From Macrostomum lignano (Eukaryota), in assembly GCA_002269645.1 (NCBI GenBank), contig NIVC01001245.1, positions 72,530 to 136,529 of the forward strand: 64,000 bases of DNA. The letters run 5' to 3'. The position numbers and the translations under genes were made by a program. The notes beneath the pieces were generated by a model. The model ran no database searches. It was not told where the DNA came from and saw only the letters and a list, made by a program, of their open reading frames with translations. Within the stretch, counting starts at the first letter, position 1. The number at the start of each line of letters is the position of its first letter. Shown here piece after piece: positions 26,301 through 36,798 of this stretch.

Positions 26301-27659
26301 GCAGCAAGCTGATGAGGCGGCCAAGCTGCAAAAGCAGCTGGAGCAGAAGCAGAGTGAGCTGGACAGTGTGCTCGAAGATTTTGATGAGACTCGACACAAA
26401 GTATACGAACTGAATGAGAAAATAAAAACTCTGGAGAGCGGGTAAGCATACGGGTCTTAAACTCTTTTATTAGCGGCTTTTGTTAGCGCAAGCAATGACT
26501 CCCGACCTCCTCTCGGCTTTTCAGCTCTGCTCAAGGCAACTCGCAGACAGAAAAACTGCAGCAGGAGATCAGGGAATTGAAGAGCCAGGCTGAAATTGAC
26601 AAGAATTTGGCGAAGTAAGTTGATTATCCAATTTTCAGTTGTCATACTCCATCACACTCCGTGCATTCATTTCCATTTTCAGTCAGCTGCACATGGAAAT
26701 TGAATCAGCGTGTAATGAAAAATCTTTCAAAGCCAAGAAGCTTCAGGCCGCAGAGACTGAAGTTGCAAAGCTGAAGGAAGAGCTTCACAGGATGAAGGAG
26801 TTGGAGGATGAACTCAGAAAGCAGTGCCGAGAGAGCGACGAGACTGTTCGACAGGTTCTTGCCAAGTCAGATGAGAGCGAGAAAGAGCTCAGAAGACTGA
26901 GACAGGACTGCGAAGCACAGCGAGAGGCTTTGGAGCAGCACAGAAATCTGATTGAGCAGAAGGCTAATTTGGAGTCTCAGCTGAGGGAAACCATTGATGA
27001 GCTGAATAAGAGAAACGAGTCTCATGCCGAGGAGAGCGAGAAGAAGCTGGAGGAAAAGCAGAGTGAGCTGGACAGCGTGCTCGAGGACTTTGATGAGACT
27101 CGGCACAAGGTCTACGAGCTCAATGAGAAGATTAAGAACTGCGAGACACGGTGAGAAAACGCAATTATTTATTAGTTTTAGAAGCCTTGAAAACAAGATA
27201 CGCACTTTATTTTTTAAACAATTCAGACTCCGACTACATGCTCCGGCTCCAGACTACGAATCTGACTTGCAACAATACTCAGAGGACATCGAAGCCGTCA
27301 ACGATGGACTGCTCAAGCAGCTGCAGGAATGCAACCGTCAGCGGGACTCGGTGATTGAAGTGGCCGAAGAGTTGCGAAATAGACTACTGGCTGAGTCGCG
27401 GCAACTCACCGAACTCAGACAGGAGCACTCGGAGCTTCAGGCGGACCATGCCACCTTGAGACTGGCTCAGGCCAGGGACCGCGGCCACTGCGCCAGTCTG
27501 CAGAGGCAACTGGACGAGGCACAGAGAAGTCTGAGGCGAGCCATGCAATCTGCTGAATTGCCTCAAACAGAGTTTACTGATCAGGCTGAGAGCAAAGATG
27601 AGACGTCCTCCGAATGCGACCTGTTTGCGAAGCATCGGGCCAGAGGAAGGCAGGAGTAG
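23343..27659 (+). CDS. Coiled-coil family gene C; join(23343..23360?,23482..23705,25040..25228,25315..25485,26238..26441,26525..26614,26683..27150,27227..27659), about 600 aa
   Basis: All junctions GT-AG and in frame; internal exons are phase 2-2; five copies of the L.EKQ.ELDSVLEDFDETRHKVYELNEK motif; shared ATLRLAQ final exon. 5' end uncertain. Confidence 0.8.
24060..24700 (-). mobile_element. Decayed, internally deleted copy of the RTE-like LINE in an intron of gene C
   Basis: Translated fragments (LAPVSIADVV, DEVPIKALRIPCVA, TTAHIVAI, FIDFKKAF, VLQSDALPDR...VETVLLY) align to the 31427-34543 ORF. Confidence 0.85.
25530..25915. repeat. About 31-32-bp minisatellite (CCTTCAGGTGGCATCTGGTGCCCCCTCCCTGA), intronic
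   Basis: About 12 imperfect tandem units. Confidence 0.9.
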
Positions 27660-28738
27660 ATTGAGTTTGATACATGCAATAATTAACGTTCATTAACCGC
27701 AAAGTCTTATGCCAGCGAATTAACCGATCTTAATCTCAAAATTATTTACTATTTTTTTATACAAAATTTCGAAAGGTGTGCCCGCTTTGCGCCTCGTCAG
27801 TTTATTTACCGGGCCGTTCTGAGCAAAAAGACAGATAAATCATTGTAACTTTTTGTCTTGATTGCCAATTCCTTACGATGGGTTGTAAATAAAAGTATGA
27901 TAAAAGTGATTTTTTGTTATATTAAATTTTGCAGTCGCGTTCACGGAAATCTCCATATTGAAATATGGTTATACATATAAAAATCGTTTTCTGTACTCCC
28001 GGGCAATCTTGATTTCGGATAAATTCAATGAACACTACTAATAGTAGCCAGCCGGATATGCATAGATTTCCTTGTATTAACTGTATCAAACAACCAGCGA
28101 AATCTTTTACCTGTTTTTTTTTCTTTGCAAGATTCAACCTACTTAGTTACTTCAATTTAAAGATGATTTCTATTAATAAAAGAGTAGAAGAGCTACAATT
28201 CAATCCTACCTCCTCTAACGTTTTTGGTCAGTCAGACAGACAGGCATACACGGTAGCTAGCTAGCTGAAGAGAAAAATCTAGCATCAAAAAAGAACAAAC
28301 GAACAAGTGTGGAAAGAGATTTAAAAGGCACGCACTGAGAGCCGCTATGGCCTATGGCGGAGTCCCCACCCTGCTTGAAGCCACCGCTAGCTCCTAGTCG
28401 CCGTTTCCAGAGTTACGAAAGCACCGAGGGAGAGAGAGAGATGTTCTGCGGCCTGAGTATTTCTCTTATTTCTAACCCAAGGCTGTCTGCAGCTCAGGCC
28501 AGCTCTCCCTATACTCTTGAGTCTTTTTGTCTGCGCTTCAAACTCCGACTCACTCCAGTGCCGCAGCTAACTGAGACACAGCGGCAGACAACAGGGCAGG
28601 TAAAAAATAAAATTCTGAGCACCTAAAGAAGACAACAGCTGCTAAACATCTGCTGTCGCCTCTACTTTTAAAGCACCCGTTGACAAGCTTTTTCTCCCTC
28701 TGTCTTCTGCATCCTTAGCTACGCTAGCATACACTGAC

Positions 28739-29479
28739 ATGCAACAACTCGAGACTGGGACCCAGACGGAAGACGTTCCTGCAAGTGTCGAGCCGGTCGA
28801 ACCGCCAAAGACGCCACAACAGCGGCCCGTATCGTCAGGCAGCTGTGCGAAGCCCACTACTCCGAAGACACCTCAACAGCAGCAAGAGCAGCAGCGTCCC
28901 ATCTCCTCTAGAAGCTCTCCAAAGACGCCTCAGCAACAGACGCAACAACGTCCTGCAACAGCAGCTGCGTCGGCATCATCTCAGCGGCTGTTATCCGCTC
29001 GCCCGAAGACTGCCGTGTCCGGTGCGCAGGCACCGCAGGCTACAACGCTTTCGAAGCCGCAGCAGCAGCAGAAACGCCAGCAAAGGGCTAAGCAGCCACT
29101 TCTAGTAGATCGAACACCAATGGTGTTCAGCTTCAACCCGGATCCGCGACTCCGAAGCTGGCAACGTCTCGAGCACATGCGGCTGCACCAGATGGGCTTG
29201 AGCAGCAAACTGTCCAGACGTTACAACGTCTGCCGGGTGCTGGACTTTCAACCGGTAGGTCAGCGACTGCCGGAGCCCACGCCGCTTGGCGCTCTGCTGC
29301 CCTCCCTGGAAGGCAGCAGCTTCTTCACGGAGAACGAGCGCAAGAAGAACGACGTTGCTCCGTTCCGGACCTTCCAGAAGCCCACATGCGGCGTATTCTT
29401 CAGTCGCGACACCGAAAACAAGAAATTGAAACACGATCTGGAAGCTACAGATATTATCAAGTGGCGTTATTTCCTGTGA
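28739..29479 (+). CDS. Hypothetical 246-aa protein with a disordered PKTPQQ/RPxS-repeat N-terminus and a compact C-terminal domain
   Basis: GC-rich ORF; strong polypyrimidine acceptor at 28718 suggests an upstream exon; complex C-terminus ending IIKWRYFL. Confidence 0.65.
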   Translation: MQQLETGTQTEDVPASVEPVEPPKTPQQRPVSSGSCAKPTTPKTPQQQQEQQRPISSRSSPKTPQQQTQQRPATAAASASSQRLLSARPKTAVSGAQAPQATTLSKPQQQQKRQQRAKQPLLVDRTPMVFSFNPDPRLRSWQRLEHMRLHQMGLSSKLSRRYNVCRVLDFQPVGQRLPEPTPLGALLPSLEGSSFFTENERKKNDVAPFRTFQKPTCGVFFSRDTENKKLKHDLEATDIIKWRYFL

Positions 29480-30475
29480 GGTCAGCTGATAAAATTTAAT
29501 TTGCAAAGCTGTTTTGAACAGGCAACTGAGCTTGCGTACATAGATTGTTACTTTCTATTTTCCATAATGAAATTTTATTACTAATTTGCGCCATGGTTTC
29601 TTCAGATAGTTCTTTTTAAAATACTACAAAGAGAGCATCGCTTAGACGCCTATACCAGTTCAGTGTCTAGAAGAAATCTAATTAATAAGATTTCGCTTCT
29701 GCAAACTTTTTTGCTCTATTTTTCCTATACTAAGACCGTATTACACTTTTGCCACAAATACAAATACTTATATACGAGTATGCGAGCGTACTTTTATGTT
29801 AATACAAAAACCATGGTTTGAACTTTGAACTTTGTACTGTTGTACTTTTTTAGTAAAAGAACATAATAGACTCGGGGTGCGCGCGGGGGAGGAGTTTCTA
29901 GATCCTTACCATAATTGGCATACGCGAAGAGCGAAGAAAAATTCTAGAATACATAGTTTTATACGAAACATATAGCGGCACGACAATCCCAGTGGGACTT
30001 TTCCGTCCGCCCCGATGTCCGCCCGCGCCTCCGCCCTTTTTTGGGCGACGGCCGCCCCATGGAGCTACGTGACCTCCGCCCCGGCGTCCGGGGCGGCGCC
30101 GCCGGGCGGAGCCTGATGAAATTTGCTCATAAGCCTACTATTAGTAGTAGAATTAGCACAAATTTCTTTCTTGCTGCATTCACTCAGCATTTTTTTCACG
30201 ATTTTTCTGCTCTTTGGATTTTTCGATTTTGGGATATTAGCGATCACTGGCTTCGTAATTAAGGCTATTAGAATGATTAAAAGACTTGTTCGCTTCGTTT
30301 TGTTCCTACTGGTGCAGGCAACTCCGTAATGTATATTTAAGTCATAGGTAGTTCGTGTATTTGAATTATTTGCAAGTATTTTAAGGCATTAAAACATTTT
30401 ATAAATAAGCGCAATAATTCTTTTAAAAAGAAATTACAAATGAATATTAGCAAAATCAGAAGTGAAGCGAGTCGG

Positions 30476-30706
30476 CAGGGGCGGATTTAGGGGGGGGCAT
30501 TAGGGCGGCCGCCCCCTATCAAAATAGCTTGATAAAAAATATTGTTTTTTACCTGAGTTTAAAAACCTAAGTTTTTTGTGCCTAGCTTAATTTTTTACTT
30601 TTAACACACTTTTTGCGCCCCCCCTAGCTTAAAAATGGCGCCCCTCATACTCTTGTTGGCGCCCCCACACTGGGACCCCCGAAATGAAATTCCAGATCCG
30701 ACACTT
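30476..30706. mobile_element. hAT-type MITE
   Basis: Starts CAGGGGCGGATT and ends GATCCGACACTT (degenerate TIR); 8-bp TSD CGAGTCGG / CGAGTCAG. Confidence 0.65.
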
Positions 30707-30972
30707 CGAGTCAGTTGTTAACTTTCCTCCACTTCAGCCAGCAACAGTAGCGGCCCGTGCAACGATCAGAAGTTTTTAATCAAATAGGGGAACAAATGAA
30801 CAAATGAACGATGTGAGGTCCCCCACCCTATTTTACCGACTTGAAACCCCGGACCTATGCGTATCTATGCATAACTAAGCAGCAACTCTTCTAAGCTCAA
30901 TATCTTACAAAAGCACCTTAATTAGCCTATAGGCTTTCACATTTCTGATACTACTTTAACTATATTACGCAT

Positions 30973-33900
30973 TTAATCGTCACTGTAGTCGGAAGGACAC
31001 CGAAACTCATCGTCACTCGACCCCATCAAATCATCCATTTCTCGAACAGCTCTGTTTACATTCGCACTGCGGCGCTTTGCTGCCCTCTGCTGCTGAGTAG
31101 GAGCTGGCCGCTTCTGGGCCCGCTGCGGCGTAGCAGATGTGGTGGCCTGCGAAAGCCCGCTGGCTTGTGGAGTCGAGGCTGCGCTTCTTGCGCTGGTTGA
31201 ATTTGAAGGCGTCATGGCACCGATTGTGTTGCGGCGATGCGACCGCCCCGAGATTCGGTCAGCTCCGTGCCTCAGGTACTGCCGCACTTGGCTAGCGACC
31301 AGATCCTGAGACGGCCTGCCGTCCTCCGCTCTGGTGCCGTAAATTGCTGAGACGGCATCTGCAATTCCAACAAGGGATGCAACAACAACAACAACAGAGT
31401 ACGCTGCCGGGTCGTAAAAAGCAACGTCAGATGGCACGCTTCGAAGCTTGGGCGCGAACAAAGGCCGCACCGCCGGCAGAGTCCGGGGCGCCGGCGTCAG
31501 CCAGCAGACAGTCGACGTAGCGCCGTGTCCTCGCTTGTCCCCGCCGGTAGGGTGCCTGCAACGTAAGTAGCAGCACCTCCTGCACCGGCTCCGGACAGTA
31601 GGCCTCGGCGCGGATGACGTGGCCTGCCAGCTGGAGTCGCCGACGGCGCAGCAGATCGCTAGGACGGGCCAGGCCGGCGCGATGGTAGAGCGCCGTGTTG
31701 GTGACTCGCTCGTTGCCGATCTTGAAGGCGGCGCGCAGCAGGCCAGCGTGCGCCGCGTCGACTTGAGCCTCGAGCGAGTCTGTCAGCGTCCAGGTCTCGG
31801 CGTTGTATAACAGGACGGTTTCGATCACCGCCTGGAACAGCGCCGCCCTCTGGCGGTCCGGTAGGGCCTCGGACTGCAGGACTGACCTTATAGAACGAAA
31901 GGCAGCCCAGGCAAGTCCTCGGCGACGCCGCAGATCCTCGCGAACGTCGGGAACCAGACCGCCGAGGTAGACGAACTGCTGACATCTTGGAAGCTCACTC
32001 GCCTGTCCGTCAGCGCCTCGGCAGAAGATTGCAGCCTCGGTGTCGTCCGGCACGCATAGCACGACGGTCTTCTGCGTGTTGACCACCAGGCCGACGCTCG
32101 CCGCAACGGCAACCAGCCTATCCAGCTGTCGTTGGGCGCCCTCGACGGTCGAGGACAGCAGGGCGAGGTCATCGGCGTAGCCAAGCACGCTGAGCCGTCT
32201 CTCCGGTTGGCGTCGACCCACGCGTCGCCGCAGCAGGAAGCCGTCGTCGTTGGAAGGCAGAGCAGTCCGTAGCACCCAGTCAAGCACCAGAATAAATAGG
32301 AACGGCGCTAGCGTATCTCCCTGGAGCACCCCGGAGGATGTCTCGAAGAAATCCGATAGGCCGTCCGGTGTTGAGACAGCAGCCGTCGTGCCGTGGTACA
32401 GCGCCATGACAGCAGAAATCAGCAGCTCTGGCACGTTGTACGCACGGAGCACCTCTGGGAGCGCGTCCCTCACGACCGAGTCGAAGGCCTTCCTGAAATC
32501 GACGAAGATCAGGATGAGGGTCAACTGGCGGATGCGCGCCTCCTCGATGACTCGCCGAAGAGCCAGGATCTGCGTCACTGTGCCGCGATGGGGCCGGAAT
32601 CCGTTCTGCTCAGGCCGCAAGTACGGGTCCAGCACAGGCTGTAGCCGCGATAGCAGCATGCGGTTGAACAGCTTCGCGGCGCAGGACTGTAGGCAGATGC
32701 CTCGATGCTCCTCGAGCTTGGTGGTGCCCGGCTTCTTTGGAATGGCGACGATGTGCGCCGTGGTCCATTCGTTTGGCGCCACCTCACCGGAAAGCACGCG
32801 GTTCATCACTCTGGCGACCTCAGTGGCCACGCAGTGGATCCGCAGCGCCTCGGTGGGCACCTCGTCCGGACCAAGCGCTTTGCCGCCCGGCGACTGCCGA
32901 GCGAACTTCACAACGTCGGCTGTGCTGACTGGGGCAACGTTGAAACTCTCCTCCGCCGGCAACGGCGTCTCCGGCGGCAGCCTCAGATTTTCTGGAAGCG
33001 GAGGGGGCGGCGCGTTGACAATGGCGGCGAAGAACTCGCGCAGCTCGTTCCTGCGCTCATCCGGAGTGTCGCCTGCCAGGTTGAGCGCAATGCGCCGCTT
33101 TCGCCCCGTCAGAGTGTTGATGACGGACCAGGCCACGCGCCCTCTGGCATCGGGCCCTGCGGCAGAGACGGCTTGGATGGCGTCATCGACAGCGGACTGC
33201 TGCCGCTGCAGGTAGACAGCCGCCAGAGCCTCCTCCGCCTCGCGAGTTTGCCGCCCACTCAGACGGAGCCTCTCCAGATCTTCCCTCGCTTCGTCGATCG
33301 CGGGGTCGTCCTGCCAGACCGGCTGCCCGCGCTGGGCCGGTCGCATCAGCGGGACTGCTTGCTCCGCAGCGGCTCGAACTGCAGCGCTCACCTCCGCGTA
33401 CTCGGCTCCTCCACGCTTGTCGCCCAGCGCAGTGACAAAGGCACCGGCAAAGCGACGTCGCGTCTCGGCGTCCCTGAGCGCGCGGTAGTAGCGCCGCGGT
33501 GGCCGCTTTGGCGGACGGTAGAGCGGGTCCCGAAGCCGAAGGTCGCAGATGAGCAGTCGATGGTCGGACCGCAGAGCCAGCGGTGTAATGGTGCGGCAGT
33601 TGGTGACGCGGCGGCGCTCACGAAAGCGCACAAGCACGTGGTCGAGCTGTGCCAGCCTCCGCGTAGCGTTCCGGCCGCGCGCGTTCCGCCGCCTCCGCTT
33701 GCAGCCCACGAAGGTCGCGAGCCTGCCCGGTGACTTGCGGAATCTGGTGTTGGCCGACACCATGTCCTGTCTCTCCAGGAAGTCCTCTAGCGCTCCGGTG
33801 TTGCCGTTCTCGCGCGCTGTCACGAAAAGCGATCGCTCGGACCTACGCAGAACTGCGTTCAGGTCTCCGAGAATGACCACTGTGTCACGTTGCGCCATCT

Positions 33901-35360
33901 CCTCCACCCGCACCGAGAGTTGCTCGAAGAAGGCCTGAGCCTCATCGGAGCGGGTAGCAGGCGGCGCGTACGCGCAGAACAAACGGGCGTTCCGGCCGCG
34001 AAGCCGGACGTCGACCCGAAGCAGCCGAGAAGACAGGGAGACGCAGCGACAGCTCTGCTGCAGCCTCGGTCCGATCAGTGCTCCAACTCCTCCACGGCCT
34101 CGCTCATCCGCTGAGGTGTACCAGAGTGTCCAACCGGCGCCCAGGTCCTCACAGTGAAGTCCGGGGTCGGCTCTGATAGACACCTCCTGTAGTGCGATGA
34201 CATCACAGCTGAGGTCGAGCGCTAGCCTCGCCAGCAGCCCTCTCCGCCATGTGGCCTTGAGAGTGCGGCAGTTCAGCGTCCCGACCCGAAGCGTGCCCTC
34301 TGGTACGGCTGGGGCTCGATGCTGGTGAGCCTCATGGTCCCCGGCGCCACCCGGAAGATCCAGTTGGGCCAGCGCAGCAGCAGCTCGGCGGGCGGCGCCA
34401 CGTTGCCGACCTCGCCAGTTTCGCTCGCGACGACGTTCGACTCGCCGACGCGCGCTCCGCTGCCCTCGCTTGGTCCTGCCGCATTTGGCCGCCGCAGCAG
34501 TTAAGCGCGGCTCTCCGCTCTTACCACGAGGAGGTAGCGGCATTTATCTGCACCGTGGTGCAAATAAATTAAGACTGCAAATAAATTAAGACTGCAAATA
34601 AATTAAGACTGCAAATAAATTAAGACTGCAAATAAATTAAGACTGCAAATAAATTAAGACTGCAAATAAATTAAGACTGCAAATAAATTAAGACTGCAAA
34701 TAAATTAAGACTGCAAATAAATTAAGACTGCAAATAAATTAAGACTGCAAATAAATTAAGACTGCAAATAAATTAAGACTGCAAATAAATTAAGACTGCA
34801 AATAAATTAAGACTGCAAATAAATTAAGACTGCAAATAAATTAAGACTGCAAATAAATTAAGACTGCAAATAAATTAAGACTGCAAATAAATTAAGACTG
34901 CAAATAAATTAAGACTGCAAATAAATTAAGACTGCAAATAAATTAAGACTGCAAATAAATTAAGACTGCAAATAAATTAAGACTGCAAATAAATTAAGAC
35001 TGCAAATAAATGCAAAATAGGTCGATAACTATACAAGAGTGTGGTATAAAATGACTATGTCCGTGTAAAATAAGCATTATAATTATAATTGTTTTTATGG
35101 GTTACAGATTGCAAGAAGGGTTAGCTGCATTTAGCTTAATAACAGAATATCGTACCTTGGATGTAGCCCAAAAACTTGGATTGAAACGCGAGCTCCCGAT
35201 CGGATAGCTCCGTGGCTGCACCAGACTGGCACACCCTGTTCCGCATGCCCTGTCCATTGAAATTGACAAGTGCTTGCAGTCGGGGCGTCAGGATGACATT
35301 GACCATGTCGGTGACTGCAGTTGCCCAATCTCCGCGCCGGCATAGACGGAGATGATTAAT
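30973..35360 (-). CDS. Partial DUF4806/BEN-like gene; exons 35156..35360 and 30973..31358, with the LINE in the intron
   Basis: Phase-1 GT (35155) to AG (31359) join gives ...VILTPRLQALVNFNGQG...FQSKFLGYIQ-DAVSAIYG...VRQYLRHGADRISGRSHRR. Family assignment is from memory of the motif pattern; upstream exons not found. Confidence 0.6.
31383..35009 (-). mobile_element. Full-length RTE-like non-LTR retrotransposon with (TTG)5 3' tail and 5' 17-mer array
   Basis: Single ORF, short 3' UTR with TTG tail, candidate 6-bp TSD ATGCAA (31377-31382 and 35010-35015). Confidence 0.85.
31427..34543 (-). CDS. APE endonuclease-reverse transcriptase, 1038 aa, intact
   Basis: EN motifs (GTLNCRTL, IALQE, ILGDLNA, LDHVLV, SDH); RT motifs (FVDFRKAFDSV, GVLQGDTLAPFLF, YADD, FVYLG); no stops or frameshifts. 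Confidence 0.97.
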   Translation of the reverse strand: MPLPPRGKSGEPRLTAAAAKCGRTKRGQRSARRRVERRRERNWRGRQRGAARRAAAALAQLDLPGGAGDHEAHQHRAPAVPEGTLRVGTLNCRTLKATWRRGLLARLALDLSCDVIALQEVSIRADPGLHCEDLGAGWTLWYTSADERGRGGVGALIGPRLQQSCRCVSLSSRLLRVDVRLRGRNARLFCAYAPPATRSDEAQAFFEQLSVRVEEMAQRDTVVILGDLNAVLRRSERSLFVTARENGNTGALEDFLERQDMVSANTRFRKSPGRLATFVGCKRRRRNARGRNATRRLAQLDHVLVRFRERRRVTNCRTITPLALRSDHRLLICDLRLRDPLYRPPKRPPRRYYRALRDAETRRRFAGAFVTALGDKRGGAEYAEVSAAVRAAAEQAVPLMRPAQRGQPVWQDDPAIDEAREDLERLRLSGRQTREAEEALAAVYLQRQQSAVDDAIQAVSAAGPDARGRVAWSVINTLTGRKRRIALNLAGDTPDERRNELREFFAAIVNAPPPPLPENLRLPPETPLPAEESFNVAPVSTADVVKFARQSPGGKALGPDEVPTEALRIHCVATEVARVMNRVLSGEVAPNEWTTAHIVAIPKKPGTTKLEEHRGICLQSCAAKLFNRMLLSRLQPVLDPYLRPEQNGFRPHRGTVTQILALRRVIEEARIRQLTLILIFVDFRKAFDSVVRDALPEVLRAYNVPELLISAVMALYHGTTAAVSTPDGLSDFFETSSGVLQGDTLAPFLFILVLDWVLRTALPSNDDGFLLRRRVGRRQPERRLSVLGYADDLALLSSTVEGAQRQLDRLVAVAASVGLVVNTQKTVVLCVPDDTEAAIFCRGADGQASELPRCQQFVYLGGLVPDVREDLRRRRGLAWAAFRSIRSVLQSEALPDRQRAALFQAVIETVLLYNAETWTLTDSLEAQVDAAHAGLLRAAFKIGNERVTNTALYHRAGLARPSDLLRRRRLQLAGHVIRAEAYCPEPVQEVLLLTLQAPYRRGQARTRRYVDCLLADAGAPDSAGGAAFVRAQASKRAI
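34559..35010 (-). repeat. Perfect 17-bp tandem array, 26 units plus a partial unit (TGCAAATAAATTAAGAC on +)
   Basis: Identical units ending 15 nt from the LINE ATG. Confidence 0.98.
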
Positions 35361-35464
35361 CTGAGGGAAGTGAAAGTAAGTTGGGTTCCAGCTTAATTTC
35401 GATTAATATAGAAACGAAACTACTTTTACTACTTACTCCTCAGAGGCAGTAGCAAAAATATCCC

Positions 35465-36144
35465 AGGACGACTTAAGTAAAGACAAGAAACCTCTTTCCT
35501 GGAAATTTTTTGAAGGCAGGCTTTTCCGAAAAAATACACTTACGGAGATAGGAAGTTTTCATTTTTTTCAGCACAAAAATTGTAGTTGCTTTTGATAGGA
35601 GGCAGATCCAGTGTTCATCTTTTGATATGTTGTGCCTTTCTTATTGCTCCATCGATATTCATAAAGATTTTTGTTTAGAAACTTCGGATTCTATATCAAT
35701 TTTTTATTCTACGTACATTTCCTGTACCTAAAAATCATAAAAATGCATTGCGCAGCTCCAATCCTTGATTTTATTTATCTATTTTATCATTTCTGCTACG
35801 CATATTTGTTACTCAGACAGCTAAGAATAATAAAATATTTTCATAAAACCAAAGAGCTGGGCCGTGCCATTTTAATGATTTTTAGGCACAAGACACGTGC
35901 AAATGTACGTAGAATAAAAATTAACATAGAATCCTAATTTTCTAAACGACAAGCTTTATGAAAATCGATAGAGCAATAAGAAAGGCACAACATGAACACT
36001 GGATCTGCCTCCTATCAAAAGCAACTACAATTTTTGTGCTGAAAAAAATGAAAACTTTTTATCTCCGTAGTGTATTTTTTCGGGAAAACCTGCCTTGTAA
36101 ATTTTCTAAGAAACGAGGTTTTCCGTAGTTACTTAAGTAGTCCT
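35465..36144. mobile_element. MITE with about 190-bp TIRs
   Basis: AGGAC(G/T)ACTTAAGTAA...GATAGGAGGCAGATCCAGTG arms in inverted orientation; related copy at about 55100-55690. Confidence 0.8.
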
Positions 36145-36798
36145 TGCAATATACATGTAGCTACGTTTGTATGCGGTATTTTTGTTTTAGAGAGTATAAT
36201 TAGCTTGTACAGCTGATTAATTCAACCGTTTTACCTATGAAATGTGTCCAGTCTTGTATTTGAATGGTCAACAAGGCATTGCTCAATAGTAAGCTGACTG
36301 AGACTGCAACACTGGCACACTACGCTCAAGTTTATTTACGAAGCATATTTTAATTGAAGACTTTCACCAAGAAGTAATGATTTATCATGTGCAGACACAA
36401 TTCATGATTTGTGATTGGCTGGTACAGTGTACTGTGTTTGTCTCGCCACGTATCAGTTTATTGAGGTTGTACAGTGTCAAATAATTAGAAGGGCTGAGCT
36501 GAGACGGTAGGCAGAGCGTTGGTATGTACGTTAGGTAGGCTCCAACTAAAGTGCATGCTTGATTCAACCAATTGAAACATTCAAGTTACACTGGCCAATG
36601 CACAGAGCCATGGAAAAAGGTGTACAAGTTGTGTCGAAACGAAGTTTATCCCTTTTAGATAATGACTGATGGCGATGTGATGCCAAGGCTGTGAAGTCTG
36701 TGAAACTTGAACCAATCAACTTAACTGACGGGTCTACGAGCTCTAGTGCTGGATCGGAGTTCTGACCTTGCAAACAGAACAGAGATCAAAGCGAGCAA

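Noticed and set aside
32250-33733. 321- and 342-aa plus-strand ORFs
   Set aside because: Antisense shadows of the GC-rich LINE ORF.
34559-35010. CRISPR array or spliced-leader RNA gene array
   Set aside because: Identical units with no spacers and no cas genes. It shares only a short AATTTATT-GCA resemblance with flatworm SL sequences as I recall them, and has no SL donor or Sm-site layout.
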